Source: a virus
Lineage: Duplodnaviria > Caudoviricetes
Strand: one strand, 5' to 3'
Length of the DNA: 64,000 nt
IMG/VR virus record: IMGVR_UViG_3300020172_000524
Location: 1-64,000 of that record
The notes beneath the pieces were generated by a model that was given only the letters and a program-made list of their open reading frames with translations, made no database searches and was not told where the DNA came from. Shown piece by piece: positions 18,397 to 27,292 of this stretch. The position numbers and the translations under genes were made by a program. The stretch's first letter is position 1; each line of letters starts with the position of its first letter.

Positions 18397-19239
18397 ATGA
18401 AATACGATAACACTAACTTTATTTCCTCTGAGCCTTTAGTTGCTGAAGTAAAGCAAGAGCTCAAGTCGTACTTTGAAGCTGGTGCTATCAGTGAGGTTCT
18501 TATTCCTACTTTCATTGACCAGGCTTTACGCAAACTTCGTGTAATGGTATTGAAGCCTGAAGAAGCTGTACTTACTTTCTCTAATTATAAATCTGAATTA
18601 CCCTGTGACTTTTCTTTGTTAGACTATGCTTTGATTTACGAAGCAGATGTACAATGGACTTCAGGTGTTAATTCTATGCAGGGATACTGGTGGCAGAATC
18701 TAGAATGTACTGGAGGTTGTGATGCAGGAGACTGTGTCAAGCAAGAAAACTATTACGAGACTATCAGTGTACCTACACCTGGTTTTAAGATTACTATGCA
18801 ACACCCTAAGATGCTTAGAGTGTATCATGGTTCTAAGACTATGTGTATTGAGGGTTGTGAAAACCTCAATGTGTCGTCAGCTGATGTATTACAAATTTAT
18901 CCGAATAAAACAGTTAGTGCAACGTTTGAAACAGGTTGTGTTTTCCTTAGATATTACTCACGTCCAATGGACGATGATAACATACCTATGGTGCCAGAAA
19001 TTCTTGAGGTTGAAGAGTATGTCAAGTCTTATCTTAAGTTTAAATTTTTTGAGCAGCTTTGGCATTCAGTAGTAGACGAAAGTCAACGTCAAGTAGATTC
19101 TAAGTTTCAGTACTACAGACAAGATCAATTAAATAAGTTACAGGCTGCTAATGGTTACTTGTTAACCTACACCAAACAGCAGATGGCTGATAACGTAGCC
19201 CGTACTAAAAATCGCTTTACTAAGTTCCATATCTCTTAA
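18397..19239 (+). CDS. Tail tubular/ring protein (P22 gp4-like, crAss type)
   Basis: ELPCDF and ATFETGCVFLRYYSRPMDDDNIPMVPE motifs; precedes the stabilisation protein. Confidence 0.7.
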   Translation: MKYDNTNFISSEPLVAEVKQELKSYFEAGAISEVLIPTFIDQALRKLRVMVLKPEEAVLTFSNYKSELPCDFSLLDYALIYEADVQWTSGVNSMQGYWWQNLECTGGCDAGDCVKQENYYETISVPTPGFKITMQHPKMLRVYHGSKTMCIEGCENLNVSSADVLQIYPNKTVSATFETGCVFLRYYSRPMDDDNIPMVPEILEVEEYVKSYLKFKFFEQLWHSVVDESQRQVDSKFQYYRQDQLNKLQAANGYLLTYTKQQMADNVARTKNRFTKFHIS

Positions 19240-19244
19240 GTTTA

Positions 19245-22200
19245 ATGGATAACAAGATCAATCAGAATGTAGCAGGTTTAAACCTTGATTCGGTTAATTA
19301 CCAGATCAAGGAGAACATGATTACGTTTGCTCTAAACGCAAACATTCAGTCTCATGATGGTAACTCTACCACATACACTAATGAACCTTCTAACCAAATC
19401 TGTTATAATTTTACAACTAGTTATCCTGGCTATAAAATAGTAGGCACACTTAGTATCACAGAACAATCTAAGTTAATTGTATTCCTAGCTCATCCTGATG
19501 GACGTTCCTTAATAGGTGAGATAACTAACTTAAGTAAAGATTGTACTAGTCTTATAGAAACAGAAAAAGATTGTGGATGTATTTCTGGAACTGTTGTTAC
19601 AAACGTAGTTACAGAAGATAGTTCTTGTTGTTTGTTTACTCCTTTAGTAGTCGACAACTGTTGTGACTGTACAGACTGCTATAGATATGATGTACAGGCT
19701 ACAGACAACCAACCTTTTACGGTTGTATTTGTAGACTGTAACGGAGTAGAGACAAGTGAGACGTTTCCTTCAGGAATAGGAACTTTTAAAGCAAAACGAA
19801 ATAGGTTTATTTTACCTGTTAATGTAGAGATTCTATATTCAGTTTTAGACTCTCAAGGAACATGTATTCCTAAGAGTGCTCCTTGTTGTTTGGGTTTGTC
19901 TCCAGACTTTCCTGTCTACTCAGAATACAGAATAGATAACTGTGAGACTAAGGTTTACTTTATTGCTCGTAATATACAACCTCGTTATTTCTCATTAGAA
20001 GAGCCTTATGGCAGAGATCAATGTGGAGATGCCATTGACTGTATTACAGACTCTTGTGAACGCTTAAAACTATTTCCAGACTTCTGCCAACCTGATATCT
20101 ATCCTACTGCGGTAGACTCAGGAGGAACTTTAAAAGGTGGAGTATATTCTTTCTCTCTTGCTTACGCAGATGAGAATGGTAAAGAACTTACAGACTACGT
20201 AGATTTCTCTAATCCGATTCCAATCTTTGAGAGAGCTATCACTGAGCAGACTGAATACGAAACCTCTAAATCTATTAGAGTTTCTATAGATCACAGTACA
20301 GCAATCTTTGATTACTTTAACTTAGTCGTAGCTGAGAACATTAATGAAGTAACTACATACCAGTTGGTAGGTACTTATAGAGTTAACCAATCAACCTACA
20401 GAGATTCTTTGGTTTATACAGGAGATTACTCTTCTACTTTCTCTTCTATTGTTCCTTTGATTCGTAGTCCTCATTATGAGACTGCTGAGATTATTGAAAA
20501 GCAGAATGACATTCTAATGTTAGCTGACTTAGTAGAGACTCCTAAGTACAACTTTCAACTATTAGCAAACCAGATTAAACTTCGTTGGGAAACAGTTAAG
20601 ATGCCTGTGGATAATAAGTTTGACTTTTCTAATCCAGAAATTGCTTATTTCTTCCGCACTTATCAAAGAGATGAAGTTTATCCATTTGGTATTAAGTTTA
20701 AACTAAAGAACGGAAAGTATACAGATGTATTCCACATTCCTGGTAGAGAAGTATTTGTAAACTCTAACGAAGAAGAATTACTTTACTCTTCTAGTAATCC
20801 TGATGCTTTTGGTACATCTAATGATTGCATTGTAACTACAGCACAACCTAGATGGAAAGTTTACAACACAGCTACTACAGGACTTACTCCTCCAAACAAT
20901 ACTCCTTCTTTGCAGGAAGTTCAATACTCTTGTAAAATTACTGTTGAAACATCTGGAGAGTTTGCTTACTGGGAGTCTACTGAAACTTACCCTTGTTATG
21001 AGGATGTTTGGGGAACCTTAGCAGGTAAAGCTATACGTCACCACAAGTTTCCTGAGAATGCTAAGTCTCACATCCATGCAGATGGAGATGACTTTATTTA
21101 TCCTATTGGAGTACGTATTTGGAATGAGTCTTTATTTGAAGGCATATTAGACCAAGAAACTGTATACGATCCCTTAAACACTTACGGTAATCACCAGATT
21201 CCTGTTAAGGAACTTATCTGTGGTTACGAATTAGTAAGAGGTAATCGTGTAAATAACAAATCAGTTGTTGCTAAGGGACTTATCTATGACGTAGGAACTT
21301 TTATAAATGCTAAGACTGGGAAGTCTTACTACTATCCTAACTATCCCTATAACTCTTTACAAGATGATCCATACATTAAATCTACTCCTGATTGGTATAA
21401 TCAGGCAGATAGAGGCATTGATAAGGATCAAGATGGAATGAGGTTACATGAAGGATTCAACACAATTGGATCTCGCTATACATTCCATTCACCTGATACA
21501 CACTTTCAGTATCCTAAGATCGGTACAGAACTTAAACTAGAAACTGTAGAGTACGGTAAAGTACAAGGACACTTTGTTCCTGTATTAGATCACCCTAAAC
21601 ATAAGTTTTTAACCTTAGCTGATTATGCTACAGCTGCAACACTTGCTAATGCATTAGCTTTAGCGTTTGAAAGTGATACAGCCGTAAATACTACTGTTCC
21701 ACCTCCTCCTGGAGTAAGTACAACTATTAGTAATAAATCTAAAACAGATGCACTTTCTATTATAACCAACAACCAAGCGTTTATAGACTTAATAGAAAAG
21801 TTAATTCCTTTAGCAAACTTTGCTTATCAGTTTAACTCTATTGGAGAATACAAAAGATTCTTACCAATTACTACAATAGGAAACAGAAGAAGATTCTTAG
21901 ACATTGGACTTTACGCTAATGATAAGATCGTAGAACTGAATGATGACAAACCTATTCATAACAGATTAAGAGAGACTTCTGTTTATCTTAAGACAAACGG
22001 ATCTTTCTCTACAGAATATTCAAGTATCATAGACAACAGTCGCTATACTATTGGACAAAAAAACTTAGCAAAGGATCCAGAGCAGATAGTAGAATCTGAT
22101 ACTAGAGCCTACTATGCTTCTATCAAAAGAGAATTTCCAAATCAATATGGACAGATAGAAAATATTAAATATGTTTCTACTGGGTACTCTTGTTCTGTAT

Positions 22201-24326
22201 ACACAGATATTTCAGGAACACTTAAAATTAAAACTAAGTACTATCCTGCATTTGGTGGAGACACTTACATTAATAAGTTTGCACTTAAGCGTAAGCACTC
22301 TTTCTTTACTCGTAACTTAGCTAACTTACCAGCTAAAGTAGATAATGTTCCTTTTGATTACTGGTTGTATCCTAACTTAGGCTACCCTACTTACTATATC
22401 GGAGAATCTCCTGAAGATTTAAGTTCAGCAGCAACCGAAGCTTTAATAGCTGGAGTTGCAGCAGCTGCGGCTGCGGCATTAGCTGCAGGAGTTGTTACAG
22501 GAGCTTTAGTAGCAGGCAGTGTTTTAAATGCTGCTCTTACAGGAGTATTGGCTTCAATCTACAGTTTGTTTGTAAAGAAGAATAACTTAGATGCAGATCC
22601 TCAACCTTTCTTCTATCAGAAAGGATTCTTCTACACAGCTTCTTATGGTATTCCAGTATTCTATGTAGAGTCTGACATTAACGTAGACTTACGTCATGGA
22701 AGAAATGAATTAGAAGAAAACTTTTATCCTAACGTAGGAGATGGTATTCCTGATGACTGGTTGCATGAAGTAAACGTACCTATCAAGTTTGACAACTTTT
22801 ATAGTTACAATGCAACTTATTCTGCACAGAACTTAAGTCCTAACTTCCCATATAGATTAAAGTATCCTAAGTTAGAATGCTTGTCTATTCACCATAACCG
22901 TGTGATCTATTCTGATCCTGCAAACTCTTCTAACTATCTTTCAGATGCTTGGAGAGTATTCCGTCCAGGTAATTTCTATGACTTCCCTAAGCAAGGAGGA
23001 CGCTTAATAGATCTAAATGCAGGAGAGAACGAAAGAGTACATGCTAGATTTGAAAACACTACTAAGGTTTATAACTCTCGTATTACTTTAACTACTACTT
23101 CTCCTTATCAGTTAGAGATTGGAAGTGCAGAAATGTTCAAACAAAAACCTGTTGATTTAGCTAAGACTGATTTAGGTTACATAGGAACTCAACACAAAGC
23201 TTACGTTAAGTGTGAGTATGGAACATTCTGGGTAGATGCTAAACGTGGGCATATCTATCAGTTGACAGGTGAGGGTTTTAACGAAATTAAAACTGACAAC
23301 AACTTTAACTGGTTTAAACAAAACCTACCCTTCCAGATTCTTAAAGACATTCCTAATGCAGACATCGACAATCCTCCTATTGGATTAGGTATTGTTATGG
23401 GATGGGATGAAAGATACGAGAGAGTATTTATTACTAAACTAGACTACAGAGTTAAGCCTGAGTATAGACCTGGAAGTCCTTCAGTAGTTAAGTATATTAC
23501 AGACACTTCAGATAGCAACTATCGTAAGTATGTATTAGATAGTGGAAGTATTGAGGTAGAGATTACTTTTGGTGATCCAGCATTCTTCGAGAATAAATCT
23601 TGGACAGTAGCTTACTCACCTAAGTTGAAGAACTTTATTTCTTTCTACTCTTTCCTTCCTAACTTCTTTGTTCCCCAACTAGGTCACTTCCAAACCATAA
23701 TCAATACTTCTACAGGAGCGTCTACTTGGAATCATAACTTGTCGCTTTATAGTTATCAGACTTATTACAATATACTCTATCCTTATATAATCGAGTATAA
23801 TGTAAACTCTTTCCCACAAGTATCTACAATCAACTCTATTACTTTGATGCAGGACATACAAGAATACTATTCTGATTACGAGTACTATTCTTTGTCTACT
23901 GCTAACAAAAAGAACTTAGCAAACTTTACTAAGGCTATCATCTATAACAAAGAACAGTCTTCTGGTATCATTAAGTTGATACCTGAAGAGTTTGGTAACA
24001 CAAGACAGAAGATTACCTATCCTAGAATGACAGCAACAGGCATAGAAGCTCTTATCTCTCGTAGAGAACACTTGTATACCTTTAATGGATTTTGGAACGT
24101 TGCAGCTCAAGGAAATGGTCAACCTCTATGGTCAACTCAGTGGAGTGACTTAGTTACTCAGTACCCTATAGACAAAGTGCCTAATACTAAGAGTGTAAGA
24201 CCTGTATCTGTGTCTTATCAGAAGTCTAAGATTAAGTCTGACTTTGCTAAAGTCAGACTGATTCAAGATCAATACTCTAGATTTAAGTTTATTAACACCA
24301 TTCAAATAACCCAAACCAACCCATAA
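19245..24326 (+). CDS. Tail stabilisation/muzzle protein (P22 gp10-like, crAss type)
   Basis: 1693 aa with GLNLD...FALNA at the N-terminus and YQRDEVYPFGI, IRHHKFP, FGGDTYI, GTFWVDAKRG, SWTVAYS...FISFYSFLP motifs. Confidence 0.8.
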   Translation: MDNKINQNVAGLNLDSVNYQIKENMITFALNANIQSHDGNSTTYTNEPSNQICYNFTTSYPGYKIVGTLSITEQSKLIVFLAHPDGRSLIGEITNLSKDCTSLIETEKDCGCISGTVVTNVVTEDSSCCLFTPLVVDNCCDCTDCYRYDVQATDNQPFTVVFVDCNGVETSETFPSGIGTFKAKRNRFILPVNVEILYSVLDSQGTCIPKSAPCCLGLSPDFPVYSEYRIDNCETKVYFIARNIQPRYFSLEEPYGRDQCGDAIDCITDSCERLKLFPDFCQPDIYPTAVDSGGTLKGGVYSFSLAYADENGKELTDYVDFSNPIPIFERAITEQTEYETSKSIRVSIDHSTAIFDYFNLVVAENINEVTTYQLVGTYRVNQSTYRDSLVYTGDYSSTFSSIVPLIRSPHYETAEIIEKQNDILMLADLVETPKYNFQLLANQIKLRWETVKMPVDNKFDFSNPEIAYFFRTYQRDEVYPFGIKFKLKNGKYTDVFHIPGREVFVNSNEEELLYSSSNPDAFGTSNDCIVTTAQPRWKVYNTATTGLTPPNNTPSLQEVQYSCKITVETSGEFAYWESTETYPCYEDVWGTLAGKAIRHHKFPENAKSHIHADGDDFIYPIGVRIWNESLFEGILDQETVYDPLNTYGNHQIPVKELICGYELVRGNRVNNKSVVAKGLIYDVGTFINAKTGKSYYYPNYPYNSLQDDPYIKSTPDWYNQADRGIDKDQDGMRLHEGFNTIGSRYTFHSPDTHFQYPKIGTELKLETVEYGKVQGHFVPVLDHPKHKFLTLADYATAATLANALALAFESDTAVNTTVPPPPGVSTTISNKSKTDALSIITNNQAFIDLIEKLIPLANFAYQFNSIGEYKRFLPITTIGNRRRFLDIGLYANDKIVELNDDKPIHNRLRETSVYLKTNGSFSTEYSSIIDNSRYTIGQKNLAKDPEQIVESDTRAYYASIKREFPNQYGQIENIKYVSTGYSCSVYTDISGTLKIKTKYYPAFGGDTYINKFALKRKHSFFTRNLANLPAKVDNVPFDYWLYPNLGYPTYYIGESPEDLSSAATEALIAGVAAAAAAALAAGVVTGALVAGSVLNAALTGVLASIYSLFVKKNNLDADPQPFFYQKGFFYTASYGIPVFYVESDINVDLRHGRNELEENFYPNVGDGIPDDWLHEVNVPIKFDNFYSYNATYSAQNLSPNFPYRLKYPKLECLSIHHNRVIYSDPANSSNYLSDAWRVFRPGNFYDFPKQGGRLIDLNAGENERVHARFENTTKVYNSRITLTTTSPYQLEIGSAEMFKQKPVDLAKTDLGYIGTQHKAYVKCEYGTFWVDAKRGHIYQLTGEGFNEIKTDNNFNWFKQNLPFQILKDIPNADIDNPPIGLGIVMGWDERYERVFITKLDYRVKPEYRPGSPSVVKYITDTSDSNYRKYVLDSGSIEVEITFGDPAFFENKSWTVAYSPKLKNFISFYSFLPNFFVPQLGHFQTIINTSTGASTWNHNLSLYSYQTYYNILYPYIIEYNVNSFPQVSTINSITLMQDIQEYYSDYEYYSLSTANKKNLANFTKAIIYNKEQSSGIIKLIPEEFGNTRQKITYPRMTATGIEALISRREHLYTFNGFWNVAAQGNGQPLWSTQWSDLVTQYPIDKVPNTKSVRPVSVSYQKSKIKSDFAKVRLIQDQYSRFKFINTIQITQTNP

Positions 24327-24330
24327 TATC

Positions 24331-24711
24331 ATGAAAGAAAAAGAACTCTTCACAACAGTTAAACCCGAAATAGTACTGGGACAGTTATTCCAGTCTAGGG
24401 ACATCATTCACTTAGCTCACTTACAGACAACTTCGTTTAGTGAGCACAAAGCTTTAGACGGTTACTACTCAGAAGTAATCGGTCTATTAGATGATTTAGT
24501 AGAAGCATACTTCGGAACTATTGGAAAACGCTTAAACTTTAAGATTCCTGGCTCAGAGTATATGAATGCTAAAGCTCATCTTACTTACATGAAAGATTAT
24601 GTAATGAAGCATCGTAATGTATTCGGAAACGAAAACACACACTTACAAAACATTGTAGACGAGATCATTGCTTTGATTACTTCTACTTTGTATCAATTGA
24701 CACTAAACTAA
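24331..24711 (+). CDS. Ferritin/Dps-like four-helix protein (DUF5856-like)
   Basis: HLAHLQT...EHKALDGYY...DDLVEAY...LQNIVDEI pattern. Confidence 0.7.
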   Translation: MKEKELFTTVKPEIVLGQLFQSRDIIHLAHLQTTSFSEHKALDGYYSEVIGLLDDLVEAYFGTIGKRLNFKIPGSEYMNAKAHLTYMKDYVMKHRNVFGNENTHLQNIVDEIIALITSTLYQLTLN

Positions 24712-24719
24712 ATAACTAT

Positions 24720-25115
24720 ATGAATCGTTTAAAGAAAGCTTATTCTTCCTGCATGATGTGTGGAGGTAAGAAGATGAAATCTGGCGGTAACTGGATTAAG
24801 AGTGCTATTAAAAAGCCAGGATCTTTTACTGCACAAGCTAAAAAAGCTGGTATGTCTGTACCTGCATTCCGTGATAAAGTGTTAGCTAATAAAGAAAAGT
24901 TCTCAAGTACAACTGTAAAAAGAGCTAACTTGGCTAAGACTCTTTCTAAGATGCGTAAAGGAGAAGATGGAATGTTGAATACGTCTGGTGTTAAGACTGT
25001 AAAAAGTATACCTATAAAAACTACTAAAGGTCAAACTAAGGAAATGCCAAAAATGAGTACCGTAACATCTAAGGATAAGTACGGTGTACGTAACGCTTCT
25101 TATCGTAAGAAATAA
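24720..25115 (+). CDS. Small Lys-rich putative virion protein
   Basis: NWIKSAIKKPGSFTAQAKKAG...KRANLAKTL; carries RLKKAY and MxxGG motifs. Confidence 0.65.
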   Translation: MNRLKKAYSSCMMCGGKKMKSGGNWIKSAIKKPGSFTAQAKKAGMSVPAFRDKVLANKEKFSSTTVKRANLAKTLSKMRKGEDGMLNTSGVKTVKSIPIKTTKGQTKEMPKMSTVTSKDKYGVRNASYRKK

Positions 25116-26551
25116 TGTTTGTCCCAGGAGTAAATGGTTCTGTAATTCCTAGTGTGTCTTCTGGCTCTAGGCTTAAGGGTGCATACAAGAATTCTAAGAA
25201 GCGTAGAATGGATAATGGGGGATGGGCTAACTGGACTCCTAATACAGGAAAGCCTTACTTAAGAACTAGTCCTGCAGGTAATGCAGGTTACTCTGACAAT
25301 ACTAAAGTAATTACTCAAAATACAAACGTTACTGCAGCTAATAGAAAAGCAGCAGAAGCTGCAGAGTATGCTAAACGTGTAGGTAGTGTTAGTCAGGGTA
25401 AAGTTAAATCTAACTATGAGAAAGCAAAAGAAGCCAGCTCATTAGTAGCACAAGCGCAACAACGTAAAGGTTCTGCTGATCCAATAGACTATGTATTAGA
25501 TGCTGTTAATCCTGTCAATTATGTTACTAATGCTATTGATTTAGTCGGTAATACAGGATCTGCGGTTGTTAATGCTTCTCAAGGAAATTTTGCTGAAGCA
25601 GGAGTTGATTTACTAGGCGCAGGATTGAATGCACTTGATGTTGTGCCCTTAACTAGAGGTTTAGGTTTAGGAAAAATAGCAAAACCTGCGATTAAAAAAG
25701 TTGCACAACCTTTTCTAAAGTACGCAGATGATGTAGTACAAACTTCTAAGATTGCAGGTAAACCTGCACTGCCTACTTACAAAAATGTGTATAGAGGAGA
25801 GCATGCAAACTTTAATACTATGGCAAAACCTGACGATTTTACGGGTAGGTGGGCACTAGATAATCCTAAAGACGTAGAGTTTTATGTGGGAAACTTAAAA
25901 ACTCCTAGAGGAGATTCTTATACTACAAGTAATTATTTTAAAGGAGAAGTAGAGCCTGTAAGAATAATGAGGGATAGACTTCCTGAGTATAAAATGAAAC
26001 AACAATTTGCGGAAGGTATGCCAGAGGAAGCACGAATTATGAGTATGGGTAGAGGTAAGTTGACTGATAAAGAACTTGCTAGTGTTTTAGGTGACGGTGC
26101 TGCTGATAGAATACGGAAGGGTATTCTAACAGAAATGGATTACAACAGTATGTCTACTGCTCCTTTTATGTACAATACAGCAGAGGGTATACTTGATGCA
26201 AACAGAATGAATCAACTACGTAAGGGTGAAAATACTTTTTTAGGTCGGGGAAAAACTAACTTGTTTCCAGATCAAAAGCAAGCTATTGACTATATAAGTA
26301 ATCAGTCAAAAGGACAAAAAAATAGTTCTCTAATTAGTAAATACCTACCTTTTAGTACTTATAAAAACGGAGGAGAAGTAGAAGATGATGACGATAAACA
26401 AATGGTAGATGGAGTAGCAAGTATCCTTAGAGACGTAAAGAGTAAAGAGAACAGATTACAGTTAGCTAACAAGATGGCTAAACAGTTTAACAGAGAAAAG
26501 GTAAACTATAATTTACCACAATTCCTAGCTAAATCCAAAGTAAAAAAATGA
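25115..26551 (+). CDS. Putative virion cargo protein with a variable central domain
   Basis: RLKGAY, MDNGG and YKNGG motifs; hydrophobic segment before VYRG; no Cys. Confidence 0.6.
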   Translation: MFVPGVNGSVIPSVSSGSRLKGAYKNSKKRRMDNGGWANWTPNTGKPYLRTSPAGNAGYSDNTKVITQNTNVTAANRKAAEAAEYAKRVGSVSQGKVKSNYEKAKEASSLVAQAQQRKGSADPIDYVLDAVNPVNYVTNAIDLVGNTGSAVVNASQGNFAEAGVDLLGAGLNALDVVPLTRGLGLGKIAKPAIKKVAQPFLKYADDVVQTSKIAGKPALPTYKNVYRGEHANFNTMAKPDDFTGRWALDNPKDVEFYVGNLKTPRGDSYTTSNYFKGEVEPVRIMRDRLPEYKMKQQFAEGMPEEARIMSMGRGKLTDKELASVLGDGAADRIRKGILTEMDYNSMSTAPFMYNTAEGILDANRMNQLRKGENTFLGRGKTNLFPDQKQAIDYISNQSKGQKNSSLISKYLPFSTYKNGGEVEDDDDKQMVDGVASILRDVKSKENRLQLANKMAKQFNREKVNYNLPQFLAKSKVKK

Positions 26552-26997
26552 AACAAATGATAAAACGTAAGGATGGATCTTACTCACAAAGAGGTTTGTG
26601 GGATAACATCCGTGCTAACAAAGGATCTGGTAAAAAGCCTACAAAAGAAATGCTTAAGCAAGAGACTAAGATTAAAAAAGAAAGTCGCTTAAAGAAGGCA
26701 TACATGGCTAAAGGTGGAAACATTGCTAAGACTACTAAAGGTCCAGGAGCAAACTATCGTCCTACTAAATCAGGAGCAGGTATGACTCAGAAAGGTGTAA
26801 TGGCTTATCGTAGAGCAAACCCTGGATCTAAACTAAGCACTGCTGTTACAGGTAATGTAAAGGCTGGTAGCAAAGCAGCCAATCGTAGAAAGTCTTATTG
26901 TGCTAGATCATTAGGTCAGCTACGTAGATCTAAACAGTCTACACAGAATGATCCTAATAGCAGAATACGTCAAGCACGTAGACGCTGGAAGTGCTAA
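26548..26997 (+). CDS. Highly basic protein (C-terminal part DUF6321-like)
   Basis: GLWDNIRA...RLKKAYMAKGG...RRKSYCARS...DPNSRIRQARRRWKC; the family name is from recollection. Confidence 0.6.
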   Translation: MKQMIKRKDGSYSQRGLWDNIRANKGSGKKPTKEMLKQETKIKKESRLKKAYMAKGGNIAKTTKGPGANYRPTKSGAGMTQKGVMAYRRANPGSKLSTAVTGNVKAGSKAANRRKSYCARSLGQLRRSKQSTQNDPNSRIRQARRRWKC

Positions 26998-27032
26998 GAA
27001 CTAAATAAACTAAATAAACTAAAACTAAATAT

Positions 27033-27188
27033 ATGGCCGCTAAAGCATCTAAATCAAAATCAACTTCTACTGCTTCCAAGTTTAAAGTTAAACCAAAGAT
27101 CCGCAGAAAAGGAGTAGTAGCAAAAACTAAAGCTTCAAAGTTAAAGTCTAGTAAGAACTACTTAAAGAAATCAAGAGGTCAGGGGTAA
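27033..27188 (+). CDS. Lys/Ser-rich 51-aa protein, absent from the ORF track
   Basis: MAAKASKSKSTSTASKFKVKPKIRRKGVVAKTKASKLKSSKNYLKKSRGQG*; A-rich leader upstream and a terminator directly after. Confidence 0.7.
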   Translation: MAAKASKSKSTSTASKFKVKPKIRRKGVVAKTKASKLKSSKNYLKKSRGQG

Positions 27189-27211
27189 GCAATTACCCCT
27201 TGCTTTTTTTT
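27181..27211 (+). terminator. Intrinsic terminator overlapping the next promoter
   Basis: AGGGGTAA-gcaa-TTACCCCT followed by TGCTTTTTTTT. Confidence 0.8.
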
Positions 27212-27229
27212 ATTAATCTTGTATATTTG
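27200..27229 (+). promoter_or_regulatory. Promoter TTG-N19-TATATTTG
   Basis: Consensus spacing; lies upstream of the cargo/RNAP operon. Confidence 0.65.
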
Positions 27230-27292
27230 TATAACTAGCTTATTTCCAAGCACTTATTAACATCTTAAGTTAATAACATTAAACATTAAAAC

